Source: a virus
Lineage: Duplodnaviria; Caudoviricetes
Strand: one strand, 5' to 3'
Virus record (IMG/VR): IMGVR_UViG_3300031753_000007
Coordinates: 1-60,168 of that record
DNA: 60,168 bases
Of this stretch, positions 1 through 8,380 are shown one piece after another. Made by a program: the position numbers and the translations under genes. The notes beneath the pieces were generated by a model. It did no database searches and had not been told where the DNA came from. It was given only the letters and a program-made list of their open reading frames with translations. Each line of letters begins with the position of its first letter. The first letter of the stretch is position 1.

Positions 1-251
1 GGCGCGAGCCAAGGGATGCTGCGAAGATTGTGGCAAGCCCGAGGAGCATGGGCATCTGCATCATGTTGAAGCCTTTAAGCAGGAGGGCAACTACAATGAC
101 CTCAGTAATTTAGCCTACCTTTGCAACAGTTGTCATCAGCACCGACATCCCCGGCCGAAGAAGCCTCGGATACGAGTGCCCAAAGTACCGATCCCGTATG
201 AGCAACGTAAACGGGGATTCACTGGCTGCCGTCGTTGGGAACTCGGACTGC
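1..251. repeat. Direct terminal repeat, left copy (circular assembly overlap or terminal redundancy)
   Basis: 1-251 matches 59918-60168 except A128 vs C60045. Confidence 0.97.
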
Positions 252-295
252 TCCCTGGCCAGACCGGGCCGTACACGGATTCGGCAGGCGTCTAA
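1..295 (+). CDS. 3' part of HTH-HNH endonuclease spanning the circular junction
   Basis: Frame starting at base 2 reads ARAKGCCEDCGK..HLHHVEAF..NDLSNLAYLCNSCHQHRH, TAA at 293-295; continues ORF from 59769. Confidence 0.85.
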   Translation, partial: ARAKGCCEDCGKPEEHGHLHHVEAFKQEGNYNDLSNLAYLCNSCHQHRHPRPKKPRIRVPKVPIPYEQRKRGFTGCRRWELGLLPGQTGPYTDSAGV

Positions 296-355
296 TATTG
301 CCTCTTGTTTAATTCGGTGAGGCATGCGATAGTGGGTGTCGTAGCGGAGGTGCTC

Positions 356-568
356 ATGGATCCACTATTCGCAGTGCACCAGCTGAACGATGCCGGAATA
401 GCGAAAGCCACTGCGATCGCTCAGTGTTTTGACGGTCTGCTAATCCAGCTGAGGCAACTCTGCACCGAGAATTCGCGTGAGTTCGCGATCGTCAAGACGA
501 AGCTCGAGGAGGCTGCCTTCTTCGCCAAGAAGTCGATGGCCAACCAGCCTGAGAATACGACGACTTAA
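356..568 (+). CDS. Acb2/Tad1 hairpin-like protein, putative cyclic-nucleotide sponge (anti-defence)
   Basis: GGAGGT SD, ATG 356; SREFAIVKTKLEEAAFFAKKSMA resembles the SRExxxAxTKLEEAxxWA helix of the Tad1/Acb2 hairpin family. Confidence 0.6.
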   Translation: MDPLFAVHQLNDAGIAKATAIAQCFDGLLIQLRQLCTENSREFAIVKTKLEEAAFFAKKSMANQPENTTT

Positions 569-600
569 GCTATTGTGGGCATAGTACTTATAGGCATATC

Positions 601-813
601 ATGCGAGCGAGGCGCAAGTATACGATCAAGCGCGTCCGCGGGCAAGGCGTACGCTTCGCCTGCGACGCATGCGACTGGCAGGTGACGACGCTCGCGTTCG
701 ACGAGGCAGTCGGCAACCTCCGCACCCAAGCTGCGGCTGCCGTCAACCAGCACATTCGCACTGCACATGCGTTCGTGCGCGTACCAGTAAAGATCGAGGA
801 TTCACGCATTTAG
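601..813 (+). CDS. Small zinc-finger-like protein
   Basis: CDAC..HIRTAH (C2H2-like); in-strand gene run. Confidence 0.55.
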   Translation: MRARRKYTIKRVRGQGVRFACDACDWQVTTLAFDEAVGNLRTQAAAAVNQHIRTAHAFVRVPVKIEDSRI

Positions 814-824
814 GAGGAGAACCG

Positions 825-1004
825 GTGATGAGGCAGATCATCCTGGCAGCCGTGCTCGCGCTAGCCGTAGCGGCGCTGGCGGAACTCTGGCCACTCGCGC
901 CTGTGTACGCGGACGGGTCGGATCCGATGCCACTCTGCCGGCCGACGCCCTCGAAGCCGTGCCCTAAGCCTCCAGGCCACAAGGAGATGCACCATGAGCA
1001 GTAA
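825..1004 (+). CDS. Small secreted Cys/Pro-rich peptide
   Basis: AGGAGG SD; hydrophobic leader ending VYA, then DGSDPMPLCRPTPSKPCPKPP. Confidence 0.65.
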   Translation: MMRQIILAAVLALAVAALAELWPLAPVYADGSDPMPLCRPTPSKPCPKPPGHKEMHHEQ

Positions 1005-1224
1005 ACGCAGTCCCGCCGCCCGTGTGCTCGACTACTTCGCAGCCGCCACCCTGCCCGAGGCCGAGCAGCTCTTTGGCCTCATCCGCGACACCATCCGCAA
1101 GCGGAGGGCAGCTGAGGATGCGCCCGCCACCAAGGCCCCCGTCCGCAGGCGCCGCAAGGTGAACGCCAAGTCACAGATAGCTGACGCCACCGCTTTCCCT
1201 GGCGTAGACGCCAAGGCCTCTTAA
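994..1224 (+). CDS. Hypothetical protein with basic tail
   Basis: AAGGAG SD, GC3-rich codons, overlaps upstream stop. Confidence 0.7.
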   Translation: MSSKRSPAARVLDYFAAATLPEAEQLFGLIRDTIRKRRAAEDAPATKAPVRRRRKVNAKSQIADATAFPGVDAKAS

Positions 1225-1225
1225 C

Positions 1226-1411
1226 GTGACGCGCGACCTCGAAGACGAGTCCCTGCTCGCCCACCTGCACGTAGCGGACGAAGCCCTCTACCAAGCGTGG
1301 AAGAAGTCGATCGCTGGCTCGACCACCATGCAGGAGATCAACCGGGCCCAAGGCATCATCCACCGCCTCCTGCGGGAGCTTGAGGCAGCGGCGAAAGTGG
1401 AGGCTAGCTGA
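1226..1411 (+). CDS. Hypothetical protein
   Basis: Tightly packed, GC3-rich codons. Confidence 0.65.
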   Translation: MTRDLEDESLLAHLHVADEALYQAWKKSIAGSTTMQEINRAQGIIHRLLRELEAAAKVEAS

Positions 1412-1412
1412 C

Positions 1413-1640
1413 GTGGCAACGACGGCCACAGGCGCCGCTGTAGTGCCCGAGCCCCGCATCCTGCGCATCCGCATGGGCCTCACGCAGGACGAGCTCGCAC
1501 GCGCCCTGGGCGTCAGCCGGGATACGATCTCGCGCTGGGAACGTGGACGCACCAAGCCGCATCGCGTGTACTTGTGGCGGATGCAGCGGATGTTGCAGGA
1601 GATGCCCCCAACGCCACCATCCGCAGACGAGGAGGAGTAG
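1413..1640 (+). CDS. XRE-family helix-turn-helix regulator
   Basis: RIRMGLTQDELARALGVSRDTISRWERGRTKP, classic HTH_3 pattern. Confidence 0.9.
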   Translation: MATTATGAAVVPEPRILRIRMGLTQDELARALGVSRDTISRWERGRTKPHRVYLWRMQRMLQEMPPTPPSADEEE

Positions 1641-1649
1641 GCTGTCGCC

Positions 1650-2396
1650 ATGGTCCACAGCACAAAGTACCGCCCCGAACGCCGCTCGAAAGGCCAGGCG
1701 AAGCGCAACGCCCTGATGCTGTTCGGCGTCCCCCGCGGCGGCAAGATGGAGCCCAAGGAGCGGCGCCAGGACCTCGCCCTCGTCCTCCGCCTCAGCCAGC
1801 AGGACCGCTTCCGGGCCCTCGCGAACATGGCCCTCTCGCCCATCCATGAGACCACTGCCTTCACCACCCTCATGGAGAAGCTGCAGATTAGCTACCACGA
1901 CCTCTCGCAGGAGTTCAAGGCCCTGCAAACCTCGCTTGGCTTCATCCGCGCCGCCGAGCACCTGCCCGACTTGATGGCACAAACTGCCCTTGACGCAAAG
2001 CACCGTATCGAGAAGTGTCGCACCTGCGCCGGCAAGAAGCTGATCGCGGTCTACGACTACGAAGCGATCGACAAAGCTAAGGCCACAGTCGGCGAGGATA
2101 TCCGCCTAGAGCGTCCCAGCGACCCGAGGCTCGTTCTGCTCAGCGAGGGCAAGGCCACCTGCCCCAAGTGCTCGGGCACCGGCAGCGTGGAGGTGAAAGG
2201 CGACTACGACAAGCTCAAGACCATCTTCGAGACCTTCGGCCTCACCGGCAAAGGTGGTGGCCTCGCAGTCAACCTCGACCTGCGCAATGTGCGCCAGCCA
2301 GAGACGATGGGCGAACTGAGCCGCGCCGTCGCCCCCATCCTCGAAGGCACACCCTCCACGTCCACCGTTCCCCCAGAAAGCGAGTCCGAGCCATGA
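1650..2396 (+). CDS. Putative terminase small subunit with DnaJ-like Cys motifs
   Basis: Position upstream of TerL; CRTCAG and CPKCSGTG; GAGGAG SD. Confidence 0.5.
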   Translation: MVHSTKYRPERRSKGQAKRNALMLFGVPRGGKMEPKERRQDLALVLRLSQQDRFRALANMALSPIHETTAFTTLMEKLQISYHDLSQEFKALQTSLGFIRAAEHLPDLMAQTALDAKHRIEKCRTCAGKKLIAVYDYEAIDKAKATVGEDIRLERPSDPRLVLLSEGKATCPKCSGTGSVEVKGDYDKLKTIFETFGLTGKGGGLAVNLDLRNVRQPETMGELSRAVAPILEGTPSTSTVPPESESEP

Positions 2397-2494
2397 CCAT
2401 CCACATCATCGTCTTCCTGCTCATCGCCATCGCCTGGAAAGTCGCGGACATCGACGACAAGCTCCCCACCAAGCGCAGGCACGACGAGTACTAG
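2393..2494 (+). CDS. Single-pass membrane micropeptide
   Basis: ATGA overlap; MTIHIIVFLLIAIAWK. Confidence 0.6.
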   Translation: MTIHIIVFLLIAIAWKVADIDDKLPTKRRHDEY

Positions 2495-2497
2495 CCC

Positions 2498-2737
2498 ATG
2501 TCCCTCTTCACTCTCTTCGCTGACCTACGTGGCCTGACCCGCGAAGCCAAGCGCATCGCCGACGCCCTCGAACGTGCGTATCCGCCGCTTGCGCCACTTT
2601 CTGCCTACAAGGCCGCAGGCGCGGACGACATCTCCTACGCGACCGACGAGGGCACCGCGAAGCAGGAGCTGATCGACGAACTGCATCGCATGGAGACCGA
2701 AGGCGAGGAAGAGGAAGCGTCTGAGGCGGAGCGTTAA
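2498..2737 (+). CDS. Hypothetical acidic protein
   Basis: TAATG overlap with TerL start. Confidence 0.7.
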   Translation: MSLFTLFADLRGLTREAKRIADALERAYPPLAPLSAYKAAGADDISYATDEGTAKQELIDELHRMETEGEEEEASEAER

Positions 2738-3984
2738 TGTACGCCTCGAAGGTCATCGAAGCCGCCATCGCCCGCTACGAAGCTAAAGCCGGCCACAAGC
2801 TCATCCGCATCTCAAACGACGCACGCGATGGCTGGGTCGAACACCTCGACAAAAGGGTGGCAGCAGCAGGCGGCGACGCCTCCCAACTCGATCTCACGCA
2901 GGAGGAACGCCTCTTCATCCGCAACGAGCGAGTCATGTGCATGACCTCGTTCTCCTACTGGTCTCACTACGCCATGATCCAGCGTGACGGCGGCGGCGTC
3001 TGTAACTTCGACCATCCATGGGAGTCCACGCGCATCCTCCTCCGCTTCATCGCCTCCATCGAGCAAGAGCAGCACGACGCGATCGCGCGCGGCGAGATGA
3101 CCCCCTACTCCATCGCCGGCCAACCCAAGCCCGCTGTCCCCGGCATCTTAGTGGCGCTGAACAAATCGCGTCAGCTCGCAGCCACAACCAGCGGCCGCCT
3201 CATCACCATGCACCGCCTCACTACCCAGCGTGACCGGCGTGCGCTTGCGGCGTCGGTCGACGACGATAAGATCCAGGAAATGTACGACCGCGACAAGCTC
3301 GTCTACTCCCACCTCCCCTGGTTCCTCAAGCCTCCCATCCAGTACGACGAGAAAGCAGGCCACCTACATCTAGCGGATGTAAACAGTCGCGTCCTCTACC
3401 AAGTGTCGAGCCAGAAATCTGGTATCGGTGTCGGCCGCCAGATCGACATCCACCACCTGACGGAGCTGAGCACCTGGCTCAACCCAGGCGCAGTCGAACT
3501 CGACTTCTTCCCCACCATCCCCCGCTCCATCAGCACGTTCGGCCTCGAAGAGTCCACGCCCTACGGCCGCGGCAATTGGTGGCACGAGTGGACCGAGAAA
3601 GTCCGCAAAGGCCACAGTCAACGCTGGCGCTACCTCTTTATCCCGTGGTACGCAGAGCTCTCGAAGTACCGCTCTGCACCGCCAGAAGAGTGGCGTCCCA
3701 GCGAAGCTGCGCTGCTTCATGCGCAGAAGGTCTACGACACCAGCGCCCAATACGTAGGCCGTACCCTCATGCTCCCGCGCGAGAACCTCTACTGGTGGGA
3801 GACGACGCGCGAAGAGTACCGCAAGGGCGATCGCCTCAACTACTTCCTCACCTCCTACGCCGCTACGCCAGAGGAGTCGTTCCAGCACTCGCAAGCGTCC
3901 GCGTTCCCAGCCGACTTCCTGGCTGAAATGCGCGACCGCACGCGTCCCGGTGCGACCTATGAGATCGAGGCCGTACGCGCATGA
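2737..3984 (+). CDS. terL: Terminase large subunit, ATPase half
   Basis: KSRQLAATT (Walker A-like), IHHLTE (Walker B-like), ESTPYGRGNWW (motif III), FIPWY, PEESF. Confidence 0.88.
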   Translation: MYASKVIEAAIARYEAKAGHKLIRISNDARDGWVEHLDKRVAAAGGDASQLDLTQEERLFIRNERVMCMTSFSYWSHYAMIQRDGGGVCNFDHPWESTRILLRFIASIEQEQHDAIARGEMTPYSIAGQPKPAVPGILVALNKSRQLAATTSGRLITMHRLTTQRDRRALAASVDDDKIQEMYDRDKLVYSHLPWFLKPPIQYDEKAGHLHLADVNSRVLYQVSSQKSGIGVGRQIDIHHLTELSTWLNPGAVELDFFPTIPRSISTFGLEESTPYGRGNWWHEWTEKVRKGHSQRWRYLFIPWYAELSKYRSAPPEEWRPSEAALLHAQKVYDTSAQYVGRTLMLPRENLYWWETTREEYRKGDRLNYFLTSYAATPEESFQHSQASAFPADFLAEMRDRTRPGATYEIEAVRA

Positions 3985-4817
3985 CCACAGCGCTCGACAT
4001 CCGCGTCGGCAAGTATTTACTAAGTGCTACGCCACAGGACGACGATGACAGCAGAGGCCTCATCCACGTATGGCAGCCGCCAGTAGCCACAGCTAACTAT
4101 GTGGTTTCGGCTGACCCAAGTTATGGGATTACAGGTTGGCATCGACTGGCGCGCAGCGAGGACGACGTCCGCACTGACAACGGCGCCGTCGAGGTGATTC
4201 GCTGCGGCACCCAAGGTCGCCCCGACGTGCAAGTGGCCGAATACGCTGCCCCCATCGACGCCGAGGACCTCGCCACGGTCGTCAACTTCCTCGGCCGCAT
4301 GTACGGTGGCGCGAACGAAGACGGTCAGGCCCTCGTGATTGTGGAAGTGCAACCCGGCCCCGGCCTCCTGACCCAGCGCGAACTCATCAACCGCTTCGGC
4401 TACTCGAACCTCTTCGTCTGGCAGCACCTCGACCAGCGCACCACCACCCTCACCCGCAGCTACGGGTGGTACAGCAGCAGGCAGTCGAGGCAGATGTTGT
4501 GGATCCGCGGCACCCGCCACATCAACCAGCGCAAGATCACCCTCAACTCCCCCTGGCTGATCGAGGAGATGACCGACCTCGTGCTCGACAACTGGCTGAA
4601 CTTCACCGCCCGTGCCCAGTGGGGCAGCCACGACGACCGCTGCGTCGCGCTCATGATGGGCATCTGGGCCGCCAACCAGTGGTCCTTCGACAACGCTCCC
4701 GAAGAGTCCGCACCCGCTGTCGTAGCCAACGTCCCCGACGCGCAACACTCGGACATGTCGGCGGATGAGATGTTTGAAGACTGGAGCGAGCGTTTTAGTG
4801 CCATCACAGGCGAGTGA
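3981..4817 (+). CDS. terL: Terminase large subunit, RNase H-like nuclease half
   Basis: YVVSADPSYG, IVEVQPGPG, HDDRCVALM motifs; ATGA overlap with ATPase gene. Confidence 0.88.
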   Translation: MTTALDIRVGKYLLSATPQDDDDSRGLIHVWQPPVATANYVVSADPSYGITGWHRLARSEDDVRTDNGAVEVIRCGTQGRPDVQVAEYAAPIDAEDLATVVNFLGRMYGGANEDGQALVIVEVQPGPGLLTQRELINRFGYSNLFVWQHLDQRTTTLTRSYGWYSSRQSRQMLWIRGTRHINQRKITLNSPWLIEEMTDLVLDNWLNFTARAQWGSHDDRCVALMMGIWAANQWSFDNAPEESAPAVVANVPDAQHSDMSADEMFEDWSERFSAITGE

Positions 4818-4821
4818 AGTG

Positions 4822-4849
4822 TTGACAGGCCGTCCCCAAGCGCCATACT
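4822..4849 (+). promoter_or_regulatory. Sigma70-like promoter
   Basis: TTGACA-16 bp-CATACT in intergenic gap. Confidence 0.5.
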
Positions 4850-4959
4850 CTCTCCCCAAGTGTAGTTCATGAAGGAAGAAGTGGACGTGGCCGCGGGGGC
4901 ACGGCAGCATAGGCTGGCGCCCGTGCTCTCGCCACCACGAGCAGGAAGGCAGCCCAACC

Positions 4960-5370
4960 ATGGCCAAGATCACCACCGCCGCCCAGATCAAGCAGCGCCT
5001 TACGCTCGCCATGCCCGCCGAACTCTTCGACGTCTACTCCGAGCGTGCCGCCAAGTTCCACCGCTCCCCTGAGGACGAGATGCTCCAGCGCCTCACTACC
5101 TGCGCCAGTCACGTGAGCCAGCAGCCCATCTACATCGACGATGACAGCCGCCGTCTCCTCGAAGCGATCGCAGGCCGCCAGCTCCGCACCGCCAAGGACC
5201 TCATCGCATGGGCCAACAACCTCTCCACTCTAAGCGTGGCAGGCACAACCGTTCCGCTAAGTGAGCAGCTCCTGCGCCGCCTCGACGGTCGCCGCTTCGG
5301 CAAGCCCCTGCCCGAGTTCGTGCAGCAAGCCGTCATCGACCAGCTCGAACAGTTCACCGGGATGAGGTAA
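4960..5370 (+). CDS. Putative ribbon-helix-helix DNA-binding protein
   Basis: RLTLAMPAELFDVYSERAAKFHRSPEDEM resembles Arc/RHH. Confidence 0.45.
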   Translation: MAKITTAAQIKQRLTLAMPAELFDVYSERAAKFHRSPEDEMLQRLTTCASHVSQQPIYIDDDSRRLLEAIAGRQLRTAKDLIAWANNLSTLSVAGTTVPLSEQLLRRLDGRRFGKPLPEFVQQAVIDQLEQFTGMR

Positions 5371-5375
5371 ATCAC

Positions 5376-5684
5376 ATGATCAAGCGTACCGTCGTAATGC
5401 CCGTCTTCGACATCCACCACAGCGAGCTGACCCAGCCCGAAGCTCCCAGCGACCAATTCTCCCGCATCCAGCGGGACATGGACGCCGAAGGCTGGATGGG
5501 CCGCGGCTCGATCATGGAGCTCCCCGAGGACGGCCAGCACGGTGGACCCTACGGCGCCGGTGGCAACGCCGACAACTCAGGCGACCCCATCGACTTCCTG
5601 CACGCCAAAGCCAAGGAGTCCTTCCGCATCGCCGGCCCCAAGGACGTCACCGGCAAAGGCAGCTCCCCGGGAGCGAAGCGCTAA
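5376..5684 (+). CDS. Hypothetical protein
   Basis: GAGGT SD, GC3-rich. Confidence 0.7.
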   Translation: MIKRTVVMPVFDIHHSELTQPEAPSDQFSRIQRDMDAEGWMGRGSIMELPEDGQHGGPYGAGGNADNSGDPIDFLHAKAKESFRIAGPKDVTGKGSSPGAKR

Positions 5685-5686
5685 CC

Positions 5687-6076
5687 ATGGCCCGCATCGT
5701 AGACCTCTACTGCCGCTGTGGCCGCCGCGAGAATGACGTGATGGCCGGTGTCGATGAGACCTTCGAGTGCGTCGACTGCCACGAGCCCATGGAGCAGGAC
5801 TGGCTCCCGCGTACGCGTCGCTCCGCACAATGGGATGACAGCACAGCGGTCATGGTGCTGGTGAACAACGATCCCAACTGCCCAGCCGATGTGCGCGTCC
5901 GCTACCCCGGCCAGCACAACTGTCGCGTCCCGGCAGGCTACGAGCGTGTGTACCTACGCTCCTTGGCCGACGTAAATCGCTTTGAGAAGGAGCACCACGT
6001 AGCCAATCACGTGATGCACTTCGATCAGAACGGCCGCTCCATAGATGATCAATGGCGTGGTCGCGATATGACCTAG
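5687..6076 (+). CDS. FmdB-like zinc-ribbon protein
   Basis: DLYCRCG..CVDCHEPM; typical position before portal. Confidence 0.65.
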   Translation: MARIVDLYCRCGRRENDVMAGVDETFECVDCHEPMEQDWLPRTRRSAQWDDSTAVMVLVNNDPNCPADVRVRYPGQHNCRVPAGYERVYLRSLADVNRFEKEHHVANHVMHFDQNGRSIDDQWRGRDMT

Positions 6077-6079
6077 CCC

Positions 6080-8023
6080 GTGGCCGCGATCGCCACCCTC
6101 AATCCGCTCAAGCCCTCCGCCGTACCCAGCGCGGGCGAGACCTATGAGGTCCACCTTCGCGGTTGGCTAACAGAGGCGCTTCAGGAAGGTCAGGCATTCC
6201 TCAGCAATTGCTACGGCTACGGCAAGACCGACGAGATCATCCGCGCCATCATGGGCGAGACCTACGAGGACAAGCTACGTCCGCGCGAGATTTCGAACCT
6301 CACCCTCAACCAGACTGGCAAGATCGGCCTTGACCTCGCGTCGTCGCTGACGGATATCAAGCCCTTCTGGGCCTATAAGACCAATAACGTCCGCTTCGAG
6401 CGCACCGCCGAGATGGCCCAGAAGCTCGCCTCCGCCTGGTACCCTCGCCGCCTCATCGACCTCAAATTCTGCGACGTGATCAAGTTCTCCCTCGCAGCCG
6501 GCACAGGCTACGCTCACAACGTCTACAACGAGGACATGCAAGACCTCGACCTCCAGGCCGAAGACCCCCGCGACGTCATCCCCATCCGCCCCAGCGACAA
6601 CTATTCGATCCAGAACGCCTTCGGTGTGGCCATCCGCCGCGAGCGCACGGTCAACTACCTCAAGCACCTCTACCCAGAGAAGGCGGGGCGCATCAAAGCC
6701 GACCGCTCCGGCAGCTACGCGGGCCTCTCGCAGCAGACCACCGCCCAGCGCCTCGTCGAGTCCCTCGGCCTCTCGTCGGGCTTCATGCAGAACCTCTGGG
6801 CCGCGGTCGGTGGCCGTCCTCACCAGCAGCTCTCCTCGATCCCCACCGCCGACCTCTTCACCATCTACGTCAAGGACGACTCCCTTAACCAGACCGGCAG
6901 CGCTCTCCTCATGGGCGAGCCCCACCGCAACTGGAGCTACATCGTCCAACCCGGCGAGCCCCTCTACCCGCGCAAGCGCGCCATCACCATGACCTCCTCA
7001 TGCATCCTGCGCGACGGCCCATCCATCTACTGGCACGGCCTCTTCCCCCTGGCGAAGCTCACCCTCGACCCCTGGCCCTACTCCCGCGCATGGCTCGGCA
7101 AGTCCCCCCTCCGCGACCTCCTGACCATCCAACGCGAGATCGACCAGACCGCCCGCGGCATCGCCGACAAGTTCCAAAAGTGCTGGCGCCCAGACCTCGT
7201 AGCCGACAAGACCGTCCTCTCGAAAGCCGGTGCCGACCGCATTGACACGCGCCGCGCCGGCCTGCGCATCAACGTCAAGCCCTCGGCCGGAGGCAAAGGC
7301 TTCGAACTCGTCGAGCCCAACATGCAGGGTGCTACGCTCGGCATGGAATGGCTGAAGCTCCTCGTGGAAGCTGCCAAGGAACTCAGCGGCACACAAGAGC
7401 TCACCTCCCTCGTCCAGCTCGGCCAGATCCCCTCCTCGGAAACGATCGAGCGCATGATCGAGTCTTGGTCCCCCGCCATCCGCCTCCGCTCCCGCGTGAT
7501 GGAAGCCTTCATGCGTGAGATGGCCATGATGGTGCTCTCGAACTTCTTCCAGTTCTACACCATCGCCCAGCGCGTCGCCTCCCTCGGCCCCGCAGGCCTA
7601 GACTTCGCAGACGCCGACCACGACCCCGGCACCCTCATCCCTGACTTCCTCGACCGAGGCTGGCTCGACTTGAGCGGCTCACCTCTGCCGCGTCCCGTGC
7701 GCGCCAAGGCCTTCCTCGACGAGTTCACCTACGAGATGGCCCCTGGTAGCCTGCTCGCGGCCAGTGAGGTGACCGACAAGCTCATGTACCTGCAGCTCAG
7801 CCGCATGGGCTTCGTCGACCCGTTGACGTTGCTGGAAAAGTTGGGCATCAACAACATCGCCCCAGCTAGCATGAAGGACCAGGCCGGCACGACCATCATG
7901 GAGCGCCTGCAGTGGGCTCAGAGCGTCGGCTTGAGCATGGCAGTCGGCCCTGCAGGCGCATCCGCCGCAGGCCGCAAGGCCACAGCCCAACAAATGCCCC
8001 GCATGACCGTGAAAGAAAGTTGA
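6080..8023 (+). CDS. Portal protein (P22-like size)
   Basis: 647 aa between terminase and capsid genes; GKSPLRDLLTIQREID, ELSGTQE portal-like segments. Confidence 0.85.
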   Translation: MAAIATLNPLKPSAVPSAGETYEVHLRGWLTEALQEGQAFLSNCYGYGKTDEIIRAIMGETYEDKLRPREISNLTLNQTGKIGLDLASSLTDIKPFWAYKTNNVRFERTAEMAQKLASAWYPRRLIDLKFCDVIKFSLAAGTGYAHNVYNEDMQDLDLQAEDPRDVIPIRPSDNYSIQNAFGVAIRRERTVNYLKHLYPEKAGRIKADRSGSYAGLSQQTTAQRLVESLGLSSGFMQNLWAAVGGRPHQQLSSIPTADLFTIYVKDDSLNQTGSALLMGEPHRNWSYIVQPGEPLYPRKRAITMTSSCILRDGPSIYWHGLFPLAKLTLDPWPYSRAWLGKSPLRDLLTIQREIDQTARGIADKFQKCWRPDLVADKTVLSKAGADRIDTRRAGLRINVKPSAGGKGFELVEPNMQGATLGMEWLKLLVEAAKELSGTQELTSLVQLGQIPSSETIERMIESWSPAIRLRSRVMEAFMREMAMMVLSNFFQFYTIAQRVASLGPAGLDFADADHDPGTLIPDFLDRGWLDLSGSPLPRPVRAKAFLDEFTYEMAPGSLLAASEVTDKLMYLQLSRMGFVDPLTLLEKLGINNIAPASMKDQAGTTIMERLQWAQSVGLSMAVGPAGASAAGRKATAQQMPRMTVKES

Positions 8024-8043
8024 CCGCTTAGGAGGCTTTCGCA

Positions 8044-8376
8044 ATGGCAGGAACCGCAGGCAAGCACGCCCCCTTCATGGGCTCCGTCACCGCCACCAAC
8101 ACCGCCCAGTCCCTCTTCAGCCTCCTCCAAGGCGTCTGGTCCGACATCACCGACCACATGTGCTTCATCCAGATCCAGCTCGACGTCTCCGCAGGCGGCA
8201 CGACCCTCTACATTGGCAACTCGAACGTCGCCTCGAACATGTGCGGCGCTGCCCTCGTCGCCAGCCAGATCGCCCAGCAGCTCGGCTTCGACTCTAACAT
8301 CCTCATCCCCAAAGACATCTACCTGCTCACCTCGACCGCCAGCGCCCAGGTGAACATCATCGCATTGGGGAGGTGA
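8044..8376 (+). CDS. Small beta-rich virion protein
   Basis: AGGAGG SD; TLYIGNSNV; head-gene context. Confidence 0.55.
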   Translation: MAGTAGKHAPFMGSVTATNTAQSLFSLLQGVWSDITDHMCFIQIQLDVSAGGTTLYIGNSNVASNMCGAALVASQIAQQLGFDSNILIPKDIYLLTSTASAQVNIIALGR

Positions 8377-8380
8377 CGTT

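Noticed and set aside
4098-4197. Further +1-frame nested ORFs (terminase nuclease, helicase near 53454, NTPase 48825-49037, nozzle near 25337)
   Set aside because: GC3 dips are present, but SDs are weak or absent or the peptides are unconvincing.
4020-5012. Long antisense ORFs (also 1079-1873, 6275-6949, 25707-26789 and others)
   Set aside because: Shadows of GC3-rich genes on the opposite strand; no SD or motifs.
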